Positions 11,899 through 22,298 of a DNA stretch of 36,114 nucleotides are shown here, one piece after another. Under the pieces are notes generated by a model, which was not told where the DNA came from, made no database searches, and was given only the letters and a program-made list of their open reading frames with translations. Source of the DNA: Nemertoderma westbladi (lineage: Eukaryota > Animalia > Xenacoelomorpha). Every line of letters begins with the position of its first letter. Within the stretch, counting starts at the first letter, position 1. The translations under genes were made by a program, and so were the position numbers. The stretch covers positions 1-36,114 of the forward strand of contig JAUCBJ010003465.1 in NCBI GenBank assembly GCA_032718475.1. Reading direction: 5' to 3'.

Positions 11899-12519
11899 AA
11901 ACTGTATAGAACAGAGAAATTTCAAATCTATAATTCATTTTTATAAATTCCAAATTTAATTCAATTTTTTAAATATAATTATCTCATGATGATGATGAGT
12001 GAATTCTATACATACTGTATTTGTATATACAATACATATACTACTGTACTACAGTACTACCTCATAAACTCGTAATTTCAATTTAATTCAATTTAATATA
12101 CTGTACAATGTTGTAGTTGAGATATATATTGTATTAACTACTCTGAAATGTGTGGAATTATTAAAATGACTGTGATAAATCATTATCAAAACACATAAAA
12201 TTTATCTATATTATATGCGTTGTTCTTGTTGATTTTTGAGACTTGTATGTATTATGATTATACTTATCATAACTGTAGTGGGGTGTCCCAAATTTCAGAC
12301 ATGGTTCAGCAGAAAAACTTGAGTTATGCCTTACTTATTATTAAGGGTAAGCGGTAATATTAGCGGTAATCGCAGTATGATATTGTACTCAAATAAGTCG
12401 AGATAGGGAAATCTAAATGTTGTGCCTACACCAAATTTTTTGCTTTCCTGCAGTTTTAACATCCATTCACAACTTTTGGGAGGGTTGCCAATGAAAAACA
12501 TTTCTAACATAGAACCCTA

Positions 12520-13968
12520 GTACTAGAGCCTTAGAGTCTATAGTATACATGTCTCCCAAATCTTTCCATACAGCCACCAATAATCTGAGTTTTATCACGA
12601 ATATCATAAAATGATAGCTGTCCATTAGATTCAGTGTACCAATTATTACAAAGGCACTTTAATATATGAACAAAATCAAATAAAAGGAATACAGGCCACC
12701 TGGGGTCAACAGGGTTGTCAGCAAACCATGGTAGGTTGGGGTTAGGCTTCGTTAAAAAATCAAAGAAACTACAATTAACTGAATTATTATCATTTTCTAT
12801 CACAATGGTTACTCCTCCACAGTTCATAAAACATGGACCCCAAATAAACACCTCACGATAATGGCTAAAGCAGTTGTGGCCAATTTACTGGGATTATTTT
12901 GTACAAAACCAAAAACAGTACCCCCATGATATTGAATGGATGGTTTTATATGTATCTCATCGGCAACAATCAATCATAAACGTTGCCGTTCTCCTACACG
13001 AGATAATACAGACTTCATAAATTCTGTATCGCTCTGACTAGAAACTGCTGAAGTTAAATTTCGCAATAGTCGAATATACTTGGAAGAATTATTAATTCGC
13101 GAATTTCTAAATAAAGTTTAGTGGATATGCAAAACCATGAAAATGCCTGTGCTATATCTTATGATGTGTAAACTTTGCCATTTCGTGGAGTATTAAGAAT
13201 CTCCACTTGTTGCCACAAAAAACTCCACTTCTTGTCTAAAACAATGGAATTATCGAATTCCACCAAATCCAGTTGACGCAATATCTCAGTCAACTCGGAC
13301 CAGTATTGAACTTTATTGGATAACGCAGAAAAGTACCAGTAAATCGACTCTGTTTCAAGTTCCTGTCAGCCACAAATGATATACCAGTACCATTATCATT
13401 AATATTAGATTCAATAGTCCATTTAGGAACAGGGCCAGTTCGACTTCCATGCATTACAATAACTTTTTGAGGCAACTGTACCGGTAGGAGAATATTGCAC
13501 TTATATTCAGTTTGAAAGCGATGTTTAATTTCCAAACTAAACTCATGAGACCCATTACATTTTATCTTATCAATTAAAAGAAAATCCTCGAGTTCATCCG
13601 GTAAGATATTCCGCGTTTCAACATTTTTTCTAGGTCGTGGCTTCGATGGAGGAGTTGGAATCATCGATGGAGGAACATCGAACACCGATGGAGGATCTAT
13701 TGGTACACCACCACCTCGACCACCCTTGACAGGTCGCATCGCCGTGTCTTCTGACCAATGAAGCCGGCATACTCCCATGTATGGCGTCACCGATTCCTCA
13801 GCGATGATATGCAGATAACCAGCGTTTACGTTCGTTGTTGTCTTTAGGAAATCCATACACAAGAATTGACGATGATTGTAAAATATTACCAGTATCATCG
13901 CCGTTGTTGGATCGTTTCTTTGGATCGTATCCCATTCGACAATTGCCCACGGAACATTTACGTCCCAT
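12520..13968 (-). pseudogene. P-element/THAP9-like transposase relic with N-terminal THAP zinc finger
   Basis: An alternative frame from ATG 13968 reads MGRKCSVGNC...YGFPKDNNERKRW and shifts into VCRLHW...PPSVF (THAP C2CH signature). Downstream motifs DEIHIKPSIQY and FDFVHILKCLCNNW are P-transposase-like. Multiple frameshifts; truncated at 12520 by the neighbouring element end. Confidence 0.75.
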
Positions 13969-14950
13969 ACTGCCATAGGCCTAGTAATTTAGTAATAACT
14001 GAATTATACCATAAAAATGTTATTAATTAAAATCACTAAATCCCAATTGCAGCAATACTGCACTATCAGACTATATTATTAAATAATGAAATAGGCCTAG
14101 GTAAATGACACCTAATAAAAAAAATACCCCTAGACGCCGTACTGTCAGACTGTGTAGGCCTACTGCATTCGCATTGTACTGCTGGACTGCCGGCAAGCAG
14201 GCACCAGGTAATCAGGTAGGTTTAGGTCAGTAGGTAATTTCAGATAGATTAGAGCACTGACCTACTAAGACTAACCCTAACTGCTAACCAAAAGGATAAA
14301 CCAAATATACCTGGTACCGAAATAATACCCCACAAACGCTAAGCCAGCAGCAGCACTACAGCACTAAACTGCCTACAGTACATGCAGTAGGCCTACTACC
14401 GGTACTAAGTACTAACTAATACCGGTATGTAATATAAATAAACATGAAACACCAGAATACACTTGCTGAAGTCAGACAGTGCTGAGTTGTTGGTTGTTGC
14501 TGTACATTCCTGCACTCTAGTACCGGTACCATACTCTAATGAACCAGTACTGCATTCAGACTGTAAGTAGAAATTTCAGCCTAAGCAGATTTCTGCCTTT
14601 ATTGCTGTATTGGACTGCATGGCCATGTATTTAGGTCGCCTTGAGTAATACACTGCAGTAACCAGCCTGCCAGCACTTTAACTTAGATATATTTGTATGT
14701 TTTTTTTTGGTTAGGGTTAGTTGGTCAGGCCCAAACCCTAATTAAAACTGTCATGTAACCGGATTAACCCTAAGTCATAAGGCTCTAATCTAAGAAATTT
14801 TGTGGAATTTTGGACCCTATTTGCAAATTGCAACAATCTGTGTATATCGCTTAAAATTAAATACACCCAAATAGGCCTTATTACAGTAGGCCTATTAATT
14901 AATATGCTAGTACAGTACAGCAGTAGTACTCGTACTGGTGTGATGGAAGA

Positions 14951-15631
14951 ATGACCGGGTCTCCTCCAAATCCTCCAGGTTTCCCCTCAATTAATCCCCC
15001 TTTAATTGCCCCCCCTCACCTCCCCGATGGATACGCGGCAACACCTTACGACCCACACTCCACATCAGTAGGCCCCAATCCATCTCCGCAATACTGGAAC
15101 CCAGTATACAGACAGTGGATGTCGCCTACTGCAGCGGAACGGCGCGCAAGTATGTCGGCGCGGCGGCGCGCCCTCAGACAGTACGGAGCGCCGGCCGGAT
15201 TACTCGCCGGTACCGTCGGATTCCTCCTCGGCGGTTCCGGCGTCGTCAGGGCAACCCGCGGGGCAGCCGCCGCTGTTACCGGGGTGATAGTGGCGCAGGA
15301 GGCCACGCGTCGAAGCTGCTTGCGGGATATACTAGGGAGTATGGAGGACTCCCCGATGGGGGATATGGTACGACAGTTCGGTAAGCTGCCAGGGGATACT
15401 CCTAAGTCAGCATGGACTGATCAGCGATCGGGAGAGCAGACCGTTAGCTCGGAACCAGTTTGGGAAACTAACCCGAAACAAGATGAAATAATCACCGATT
15501 TACCGTACGAGACACATTGGGGCCTAGGTGAGAACGAAACTGTGTTCAATGAAGGTTCTACGCAGAGTAATAAAAACTTCGATGAAGAATATGAATTTTC
15601 AGATCAATCACGGAATACTAAGTTTAGATAG
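14951..15631 (+). CDS. 226-aa protein, divergent OCIA-domain (OCIAD1/Asrij-like) candidate; single coding exon
   Basis: GC-rich intact ORF in AT-rich surroundings. Pro-rich N-terminus, then PTAAERR, two Gly/Ala hydrophobic segments and CLRDILGSMEDSPMGDMVRQ, resembling OCIA PTEEERR...C..K...LENSPLGEALR (recalled, not aligned). Acidic C-terminal tail. Confidence 0.55.
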   Translation: MTGSPPNPPGFPSINPPLIAPPHLPDGYAATPYDPHSTSVGPNPSPQYWNPVYRQWMSPTAAERRASMSARRRALRQYGAPAGLLAGTVGFLLGGSGVVRATRGAAAAVTGVIVAQEATRRSCLRDILGSMEDSPMGDMVRQFGKLPGDTPKSAWTDQRSGEQTVSSEPVWETNPKQDEIITDLPYETHWGLGENETVFNEGSTQSNKNFDEEYEFSDQSRNTKFR

Positions 15632-16925
15632 CTACGGGTACAGCTAGCACTGTGCCCACACACACATCGTTACGTTTGTGGGTTAAAATATGCTGTAAAA
15701 TAGTAAAAGTACTGCATAATTTAATAGTATGTTTTGTTAATAATTGCCCGAAATTTATAATAGGGTTGGTGCGCGAAAAAATTGTTGGGCAAGAAACAAT
15801 CGAATAAGGGGTAACAAGGTGCCCTGAATCGAGTGGCGGTGTGTGTTTTTATAATAACACGTGGAAACGTTCGAAATTGCGGGTTTAAGTAAGCCCGGGA
15901 AGCCAATTTTGAAAATCGGCTGTGATTGGCTGCTACATATTTGACGTCACTATGCAGTGTTCAGATAATTTCTTATATTGTTTTCTATGGAGGGAGGCAT
16001 TTAAATACACATTTAATCTTAATCATTTTACACAAGGCTTATATCAATTGAAAGCGGAGAGTCTTGCGCGTCTTTTAACACTACAATTAATTTAATTCAT
16101 GGTGATGAATAGAATATTGATAAAATGAATCAACTCACAATTATTAAGTCATTTATATTGATTGGCAAACAAAATAACAATATATATTAAGATACCTTCT
16201 GAATTCCGGATTCATTTTTTCATTTAAATATAGAAACTTTTGTTTCGATATAGTCTTATATTCTATTGATATAGATTTTATATAGATATAGATTTTATTA
16301 TTTTATATATATTTTTCCTCATTATTTAACGAAAGATTTTTAGATTTGGTGATCAAGCCTTTGCATTCAACAATAATTGACTATTTACTGATTACATCTT
16401 ACCTCTACCAAAACTAACAGATTATTAATGTTTTCAGGGAGGATTAAGAAAAAAAATAAACTAAATTATGTGAATTATTTTTGGAGGAAGAAATAAATAA
16501 ACTATGATTGATAAATAAATAAATAAACATAAGTAAGTTGTAATGTAATTATTGGTTGTAAAAATTAATAAAGTAAATTAAGAAAATTTTCATAGGTTAA
16601 GAAAATAAATTAAGTAAATTTTGATAGGTTAAGAAAATAAATTAACTAAATTAAGGCAGTAATCTCTGATTGGTGGAAAAATTAATTAACTATAAATAAA
16701 TTAAATATTCTGATTGGTTGAAACATTGTAAATTCAGATTAACAAGATACATGCTGTAGGACTAATAATCAAACAGCAGTCAGACTGTATATCACTCCAC
16801 TCTGACTAAGGAAGTCGTCCAATATCTGACTAGCCTAACAGTCATACTGGGTAATTTAGCGTGTTATGTTATTTTGTCAACCAATCAGAATTAAGAATCA
16901 TTTCACTATCGTATCTGTACTCTAA

Positions 16926-17231
16926 AGCCTCGTTCACATCCAACGGTGCGTGAGCGGTAAAGTAGTCTAGCGGTATTGAAGCGGTAAGCCAGCGGTACAC
17001 TACCCGGAGCCCGTTCACACCCAACGGTACCGTTGCGGTAACTGATTGTCTATCTGTCGACTGTAAATTCAACAAGAAATTACATTAATTATTTTAACAT
17101 TGTTTAAATGGGCTGCGGCAAACCGCGCGGTTTAGCGCACAACTACCTGTTGGGTCGTTCACAGTCAGCGGTGTACCGCTGGCCCTGCGGTACACCGCGC
17201 GGTGTACCGTTCCGTTGGATGTGAACGGGCT
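16926..17231. mobile_element. MITE, PIF/Harbinger-like
   Basis: Ends agcctcgttcacatccaacgg ... ccgttggatgtgaacgggct, with TAA on the left and a degenerate TSD on the right. Internal copies of cgttcaca occur near 17012 and 17156. Confidence 0.6.
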
Positions 17232-17303
17232 ATTTCAGGCTATTTCTCTACCGTACCTAATCTAATCTACAACAATTAATAATTAAATGCTTGAGTTAAT
17301 ACA

Positions 17304-17440
17304 ATTATTTTATTCTTTAATGTCAAGCTGAAGTAAAAACCTTACCGGTAGGTTTTTATTTTAGTATTTGTATCGTACTGTACTTGCATACCTACCGGTA
17401 AGGTTTTTACTTCAGCTTGACAATTAATGAATAAAATAAT
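17304..17440. repeat. Inverted repeat with ~50-bp arms (33 bp perfect) and 36-bp spacer
   Basis: tgtcaagctgaagtaaaaaccttaccggtaggt (17321-17353) is the exact reverse complement of 17390-17422. Confidence 0.9.
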
Positions 17441-17830
17441 CTACAACAGCTGTACTGTATTTTATTTATACCTGTAACCTAGCAACGCCTTCTAACCAGC
17501 TGTGCGTAGTTATTTCATCAACTTTTATAGTCCATTTTACTGTTGTGTATTGATATTAATTAAATGGTTATCTTGTTTAAAAAAAACAAAATGTACAAAT
17601 CAAATTAGCCACCGTGAAAAAATAAAATCAGAATTTAGTTAATTTAGTTTGGTAAATAATTAAAGATAAAATTGTAGTATGATTGTTGTGCCATGAATGA
17701 CTTTAGCATTAACTTCTGCTATTGTACATTAACCTTCTCGCATTTCTTTCCCCAAGCTCATGAATGGGGTGGTGTTGCATTGGAAAGGTGAGATTAACCT
17801 TGGGTGAAAAGTTATAACACTTTATTAATA

Positions 17831-19515
17831 GTCGAGTCAATCTAGCAAAAAACCCGTAAGTATTTTGCAATCAATCCGAACCACATATTTTGGATTCTAT
17901 ATTTATTACCTTGTAAAAGACCAAAAAAAGTCTATAAAATTTTAGAAAATTTCTAGAAAATTTTATTTTGCGGATCATATGTTTTTATTCATGGACATTC
18001 TGCGTAAATTTGCATAACACAAGCCAAACAAAAGGAACAGTAGGGAAGAGTAAGTAGCAACAGGATACGATACGATACGAAAACGGATTTTCTTATTTCG
18101 TATCGCAGTATTTTATTCGTATCGAATTTCGTATCGTATCGCAAAAAATTGACTTCGTATCGTATAATACGAATAAATATTTTTCGTATTTTCGTATCTT
18201 ATTATTTTGTAAATATTAATGTTTTCAACAATCAAACCATAGATCACACCACTATTTCTTAAACGTGTTTTTCTCAAAATTGGTGTTTAAGTTAGTTTGC
18301 AGCTTACAGTATTATTATGTCAATAAAATGTGTAAAACATGAGGATTGTTCATCACTATAGATATAGAATAATGATAAAAATACCACTGAAATTATAGCT
18401 GATATATACAGTTTAAATAAATTCGTGAGCAAAATTCTAATCGCGCCTACAAGGCATTCGTTGTTATGGCATTCTAGTGAGATAATAAAATAAATTAAAC
18501 AGTTTTATTCTAGTATTAGTTTGACTTCGAAATTGAAGTTTTGAATTTTATTCCATATTGGTACATCAAATTCAAAATTATTCCATAAATAACGGCAGTA
18601 GGCCAAGGTAGGGACAGTATGCAAAACGTGGAATGATATTATGGTAACGCCTACTCCTACTATTGTGCCGTGTTGCATAACGTCTTACTGGACTGAAACA
18701 TTGAAATAAAAAAATATTTCCCTATTATAATAGAGATTTATATGATTTTCTAAGAGTATTAGAAAATACAATACATACATTTATTTATTTGTGTAATTTA
18801 TTTATTTGTTTTAGTTTAAAAATCACAATAGTTTATAATATAACAAATACATTTTTTGGGGATAAGGGTATATACTATTTTTGAAGTCGATAAATCCGAT
18901 GGGCGAGGTTACATCCACCCGTTTAGTAGAGAAGGAATGCAAATAAGCTCTCTATGTTGTAACAACAAAATTGATATTGAAACTGGTTAAATGATTAGAC
19001 AAATTTCCGTTGCTCTGGAAACTAAATTGGTAACTATCTAGAAGTGCATACTTCATTCAGTCAATCGATAGTCATAAGAGTACATGTAAAGTTTGTCTGT
19101 ACCAAATTTGGAGAAAATCCCGCCAATAGATCCCTTATTGTTGCAAAGTAAATTAATGTTTTATGATCAATATTGAACAATCATATTTTGCACACTACGG
19201 TATAGCCTAAAATAAATAAAACTTACTAATATTATTATTTCTAATTAATTAATTATTCGAATAAACTTTTAATACTGCTTCAATAAATTTACATGGTAGT
19301 ACTGGTGTACATCTGTAGCGCCACAGCCTGTACCGGTACCGGTAGTGGTATCGGTATATTGCAACGTCACTAGTGCCTAGCAACCAGTCCAGCTGTGAGT
19401 TGAGCATTACTTGGACATTTTGAAAATAATTTTTTGCTGATTGATTGTGTACTTATTTTCCTACAATCCGAATGGATTATGGGTTGACCCGATTTCTTGG
19501 GTGGATTGACTCGCC
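17831..19515 (+). mobile_element. Non-autonomous TIR element, family X, copy 1 (TA flanks, unclassified)
   Basis: TA|GTCGAGTCAATCTAGC ... GTGGATTGACTCGCC|TA. Internal blocks such as gggcgaggttacatccacccgtttagtagagaag and tgtaccaaatttggagaaaatccc are shared in inverted orientation with 25210-29325. Confidence 0.75.
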
Positions 19516-19546
19516 TATAATTCCGATTGACCTCAATCGGAGCAAA

Positions 19547-19727
19547 TTACATTACCGTATAATGCTCGATTCAGGGGGGGGGGGGTATTCGAAGTGGGTG
19601 CTTAACTTCCTAATTTTGTGGTCCGAGGAGGGTGTTACATTACCGTATATGCTCGATTCAGGGTGGGGGGGGGGGGGGTATTCGAAGTGGGTGCTTAACT
19701 TCCTCATTTTGTGGTCCGAGGAGGGTG
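19547..19727. repeat. Tandem duplication of a ~89-bp unit containing a poly-G run
   Basis: ttacattaccgtat...tcagg(g)n tattcgaagtgggtgcttaacttcct...gtccgaggagggtg occurs twice. Confidence 0.9.
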
Positions 19728-20032
19728 TTTATGTTATAGGCAGACTTGATCTGAACTGGCTTTTGAATTGGGTGCTGTTGCGTGTATCAGTATCGGATTT
19801 TATAATTATTAATATTGCAATCCTTAACACCCCATCCCCTTACTTTTAGAAAGTATAATAATAATTCAATACTAATATGCACCAACAACATAAACTAATG
19901 TATTTTGTAACGTTACAAAATGGTAACGTTAAAATGGTATTTACCATTCCGCTGGATCAGTATGGATAAATGTGGAACCAGGAAGGTCCACTTACTGTTT
20001 ATGGAGTAATATAATAAGATTGATTTACTGTC

Positions 20033-20110
20033 AGAAACTATCCATGTTGTTCATTTTTGTACCATCCTTCTTTGGATTTCAGCGCAAAAAGTCATGAGCG
20101 GATAATTACT
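20033..20110 (-). promoter_or_regulatory. Eukaryotic SECIS element, type II, in the SELENON 3' UTR
   Basis: Minus strand reads AGUAAUUAUCCG-CUC-AUGAC-UUUUUGCGCUG-AAA-UCC-AAAGAA-GGA-UGGUACAAAAA-UGAA-CAACA-UGGAUAGUUUCU. This gives helix I (11 of 12 pairs), the AUGA/GA core, an 11-bp helix II with one mismatch, an apical AAA and a mini-stem UCC/GGA. It starts about 54 nt after the TAA stop. Confidence 0.9.
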
Positions 20111-20163
20111 AAATCCTCATATTATTATTCTGTATAAACAATAAATTCATATCATGTTAATTA

Positions 20164-21693
20164 TTATTCCTGCACTCCCTTATCGTCAGTAAACTCTCTA
20201 AGGAAGTTATAATAGAGCAAATCTGCGGGGTCGTTGAACATTCTTGTTTCCATGACAATTGAAGACGCTTTCTCCAGTAACTCATTTGCGTTCACTGATC
20301 CTGCGATTGTGCCATTAGGATAGTGAATTATTATTTGGACAGGAAATGTGTAGGTAGAAATGGCTGCCTTTGCGGCCATCCAATGCGGTCCATTTTCCCT
20401 TTTAGATATCCGTTTCAAATCAACCAATAGGGACCACGAGTTGACAAATTTTTTTTCCATCAGCTCCACTATGATTGGGTGGGCCAATGATCCTTCACGC
20501 AAGGACCGGCCCGACCCTCAACACGATTGGTCGGTGAGGGCTCCCCACAGCACTATGCTGTGCACCAACAGACCACTAGATGAAGCTAAATTTAGGGCCG
20601 TTTCAAAATCATGATATTCCAATTTCCTAAAAGGGTAAAATTGTTTTTCAAGAACTGATTCGCAGTAACTCATCGACAGTTGCGTTTCCCAAGAAATATC
20701 GTTTTCAAAATTTTTAACACCTGATGCAATATCAAGATTATTGTTATTATTTGTAATAATTAGTTGAGATGGTCCTAAAGAATTTATACCCATGTTTTTA
20801 ACAAACCCTATATCAACATTGCTAGTTAAAGGTTCCTCGTTTTCTACTGCTACCCATTCCATATCTACATTCAGTGTTTTACTTTCTGGAACACTTACTT
20901 GAAATAGGGCTACTTTGCTGCCGTTTTTAGCTGCTACCAGCCTGCCAGCGAACTGCCCAGGGGTCACCCAGAAAGTATGGCGGGGAGGCAAATTCAACTG
21001 GAATTCTGCATGAAGTCGAAATACTACCTCAACCCAGTGTTCGCTGGTCGACCGTAAGATGGCGTGCATTCCAGTAGGACCGAATCTTGGGGCCAAGAAT
21101 GGTCGAGGATGCCACATCCTGAGTAAATGATAGAGCAGCTCGTTTATATTGCCAACCGGTGGTGGAGGTAGGAACTGGTTGTAACCCTTAGAGTTACCAG
21201 ATCCATCCATGAGCTTCCAGACATGGCCGGTTTTCGAGCCAACTGGAGGAAGGAGTTCACTAAAGTCGTTTGCGTTGAACAATTCTAATTGTTTACGAGG
21301 AGTTCTCCAGTCATTTAAAACAATATATTGTTCATTCGGTTTCCAATAGCTGGAAGACTTATCCTCATCTTTGAATGTCGTCACTCCAGTAAATGAAGTT
21401 TCTAAGACAATAACCTCTCTCGAGTAGTTAATTGGTTTTTCACGCAGACCAGTTGTCTCCCCGACCATGTATTGTGCTGCGATCCATCCAACTATAGCGA
21501 ACTCATTGGAATCGATGCACCCATCCAAGTTGCCATCCAATAATCGAAACACATCGGAAGAATCGTAACCTTCGGCTCTACCAATAATCTTCAACAAACT
21601 GCTACGGACATCTCTGGTGGTAGATTTGTATGCTAATATCGATATCGCAACAACAACTATAGCCGTTGTCAAACAGAAATTCAACCACGACAT
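20164..21693 (-). CDS. SELENON: Selenoprotein N, 509 aa, Sec (UGA) at codon 392, uninterrupted CDS
   Basis: The two track ORFs are in frame across TGA 20518-20520, giving IVLWGALTDQSC-U-GSGRSLRE, which matches SelN WGALDDQSCUGSGRTLRE. Also present: N-terminal TM helix, EF-hand loop DGNLDGCIDSNE, the RLHAEFQLN, PGQFAGRL and LNVDMEW blocks, and a downstream SECIS. Confidence 0.96.
20481..20512 (-). promoter_or_regulatory. Sec redefinition element (SRE)-like hairpin in the CDS
   Basis: Starts 5 nt after the UGA: GGGCC-GGUCCUU-GCGUG(loop)-AAGGAUC-AUU(bulge)-GGCCC, 12 bp with one G-U. This is about the same position as the SRE known in vertebrate SELENON. Confidence 0.75.
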
Positions 21694-22298
21694 AAAGATA
21701 CTTCAAGCAAATATACAGTGCCAAAACTTCAGTTAGACCTAGTCTATGAGATTAATTATAATAATTAAAAAACAATTAATAATATTAATTAATGATAATT
21801 GATTATTAACAACCATAAAAGTAGAGAACAACCAAACCAGTTAGTTCATCACCTAAACAATCATCTCAGTTTGTTGGTTTTAAATAAAAATAATTATGAT
21901 GACTTTATACTTCATGCGAAAACTTTATATCCCAACTAACTAATCCTAAATTTATAACTTAATCTTCGTTTTCAAGGTTAATTGAAATCCTGTTAGGTTA
22001 CGTTTTGTTTCTTCTCTGTTTCAACTATCTCGTTATGGTAGACTCGATATATAACTAAAATTTCAGCGACAAGTAAATCACAACAATTGTTATCAAATGA
22101 GATTTTGGAAAATCAATTGTATTAATTTATGGAGATAATGTAAAAATGTAATCATCTAGTACAACTGTAGATATAATTTAAGAAATCCAGCAGAGAAAGG
22201 AAACATGAAATGGATTTGGAGTTATGGCTAATAAAAAATCTCCACCCTTAATAGTAATTCGATTGATGTGCGAGCGACGAATTCCCAATATATACAAC

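Noticed and set aside
18064-18200. GATACGA/TCGTATC motif cluster, also near 6360-6385
   Set aside because: Probably subterminal repeats of a degraded element, but boundaries could not be defined.
19445-19849. 134-aa ORF with an internal repeat
   Set aside because: It spans a transposon end and an 89-bp DNA duplication and begins at a non-ATG codon.
20518-20520. Nonsense mutation making SelN a pseudogene
   Set aside because: The TGA falls exactly at the conserved Sec position, homology continues in frame, and SECIS and SRE-like structures are present.
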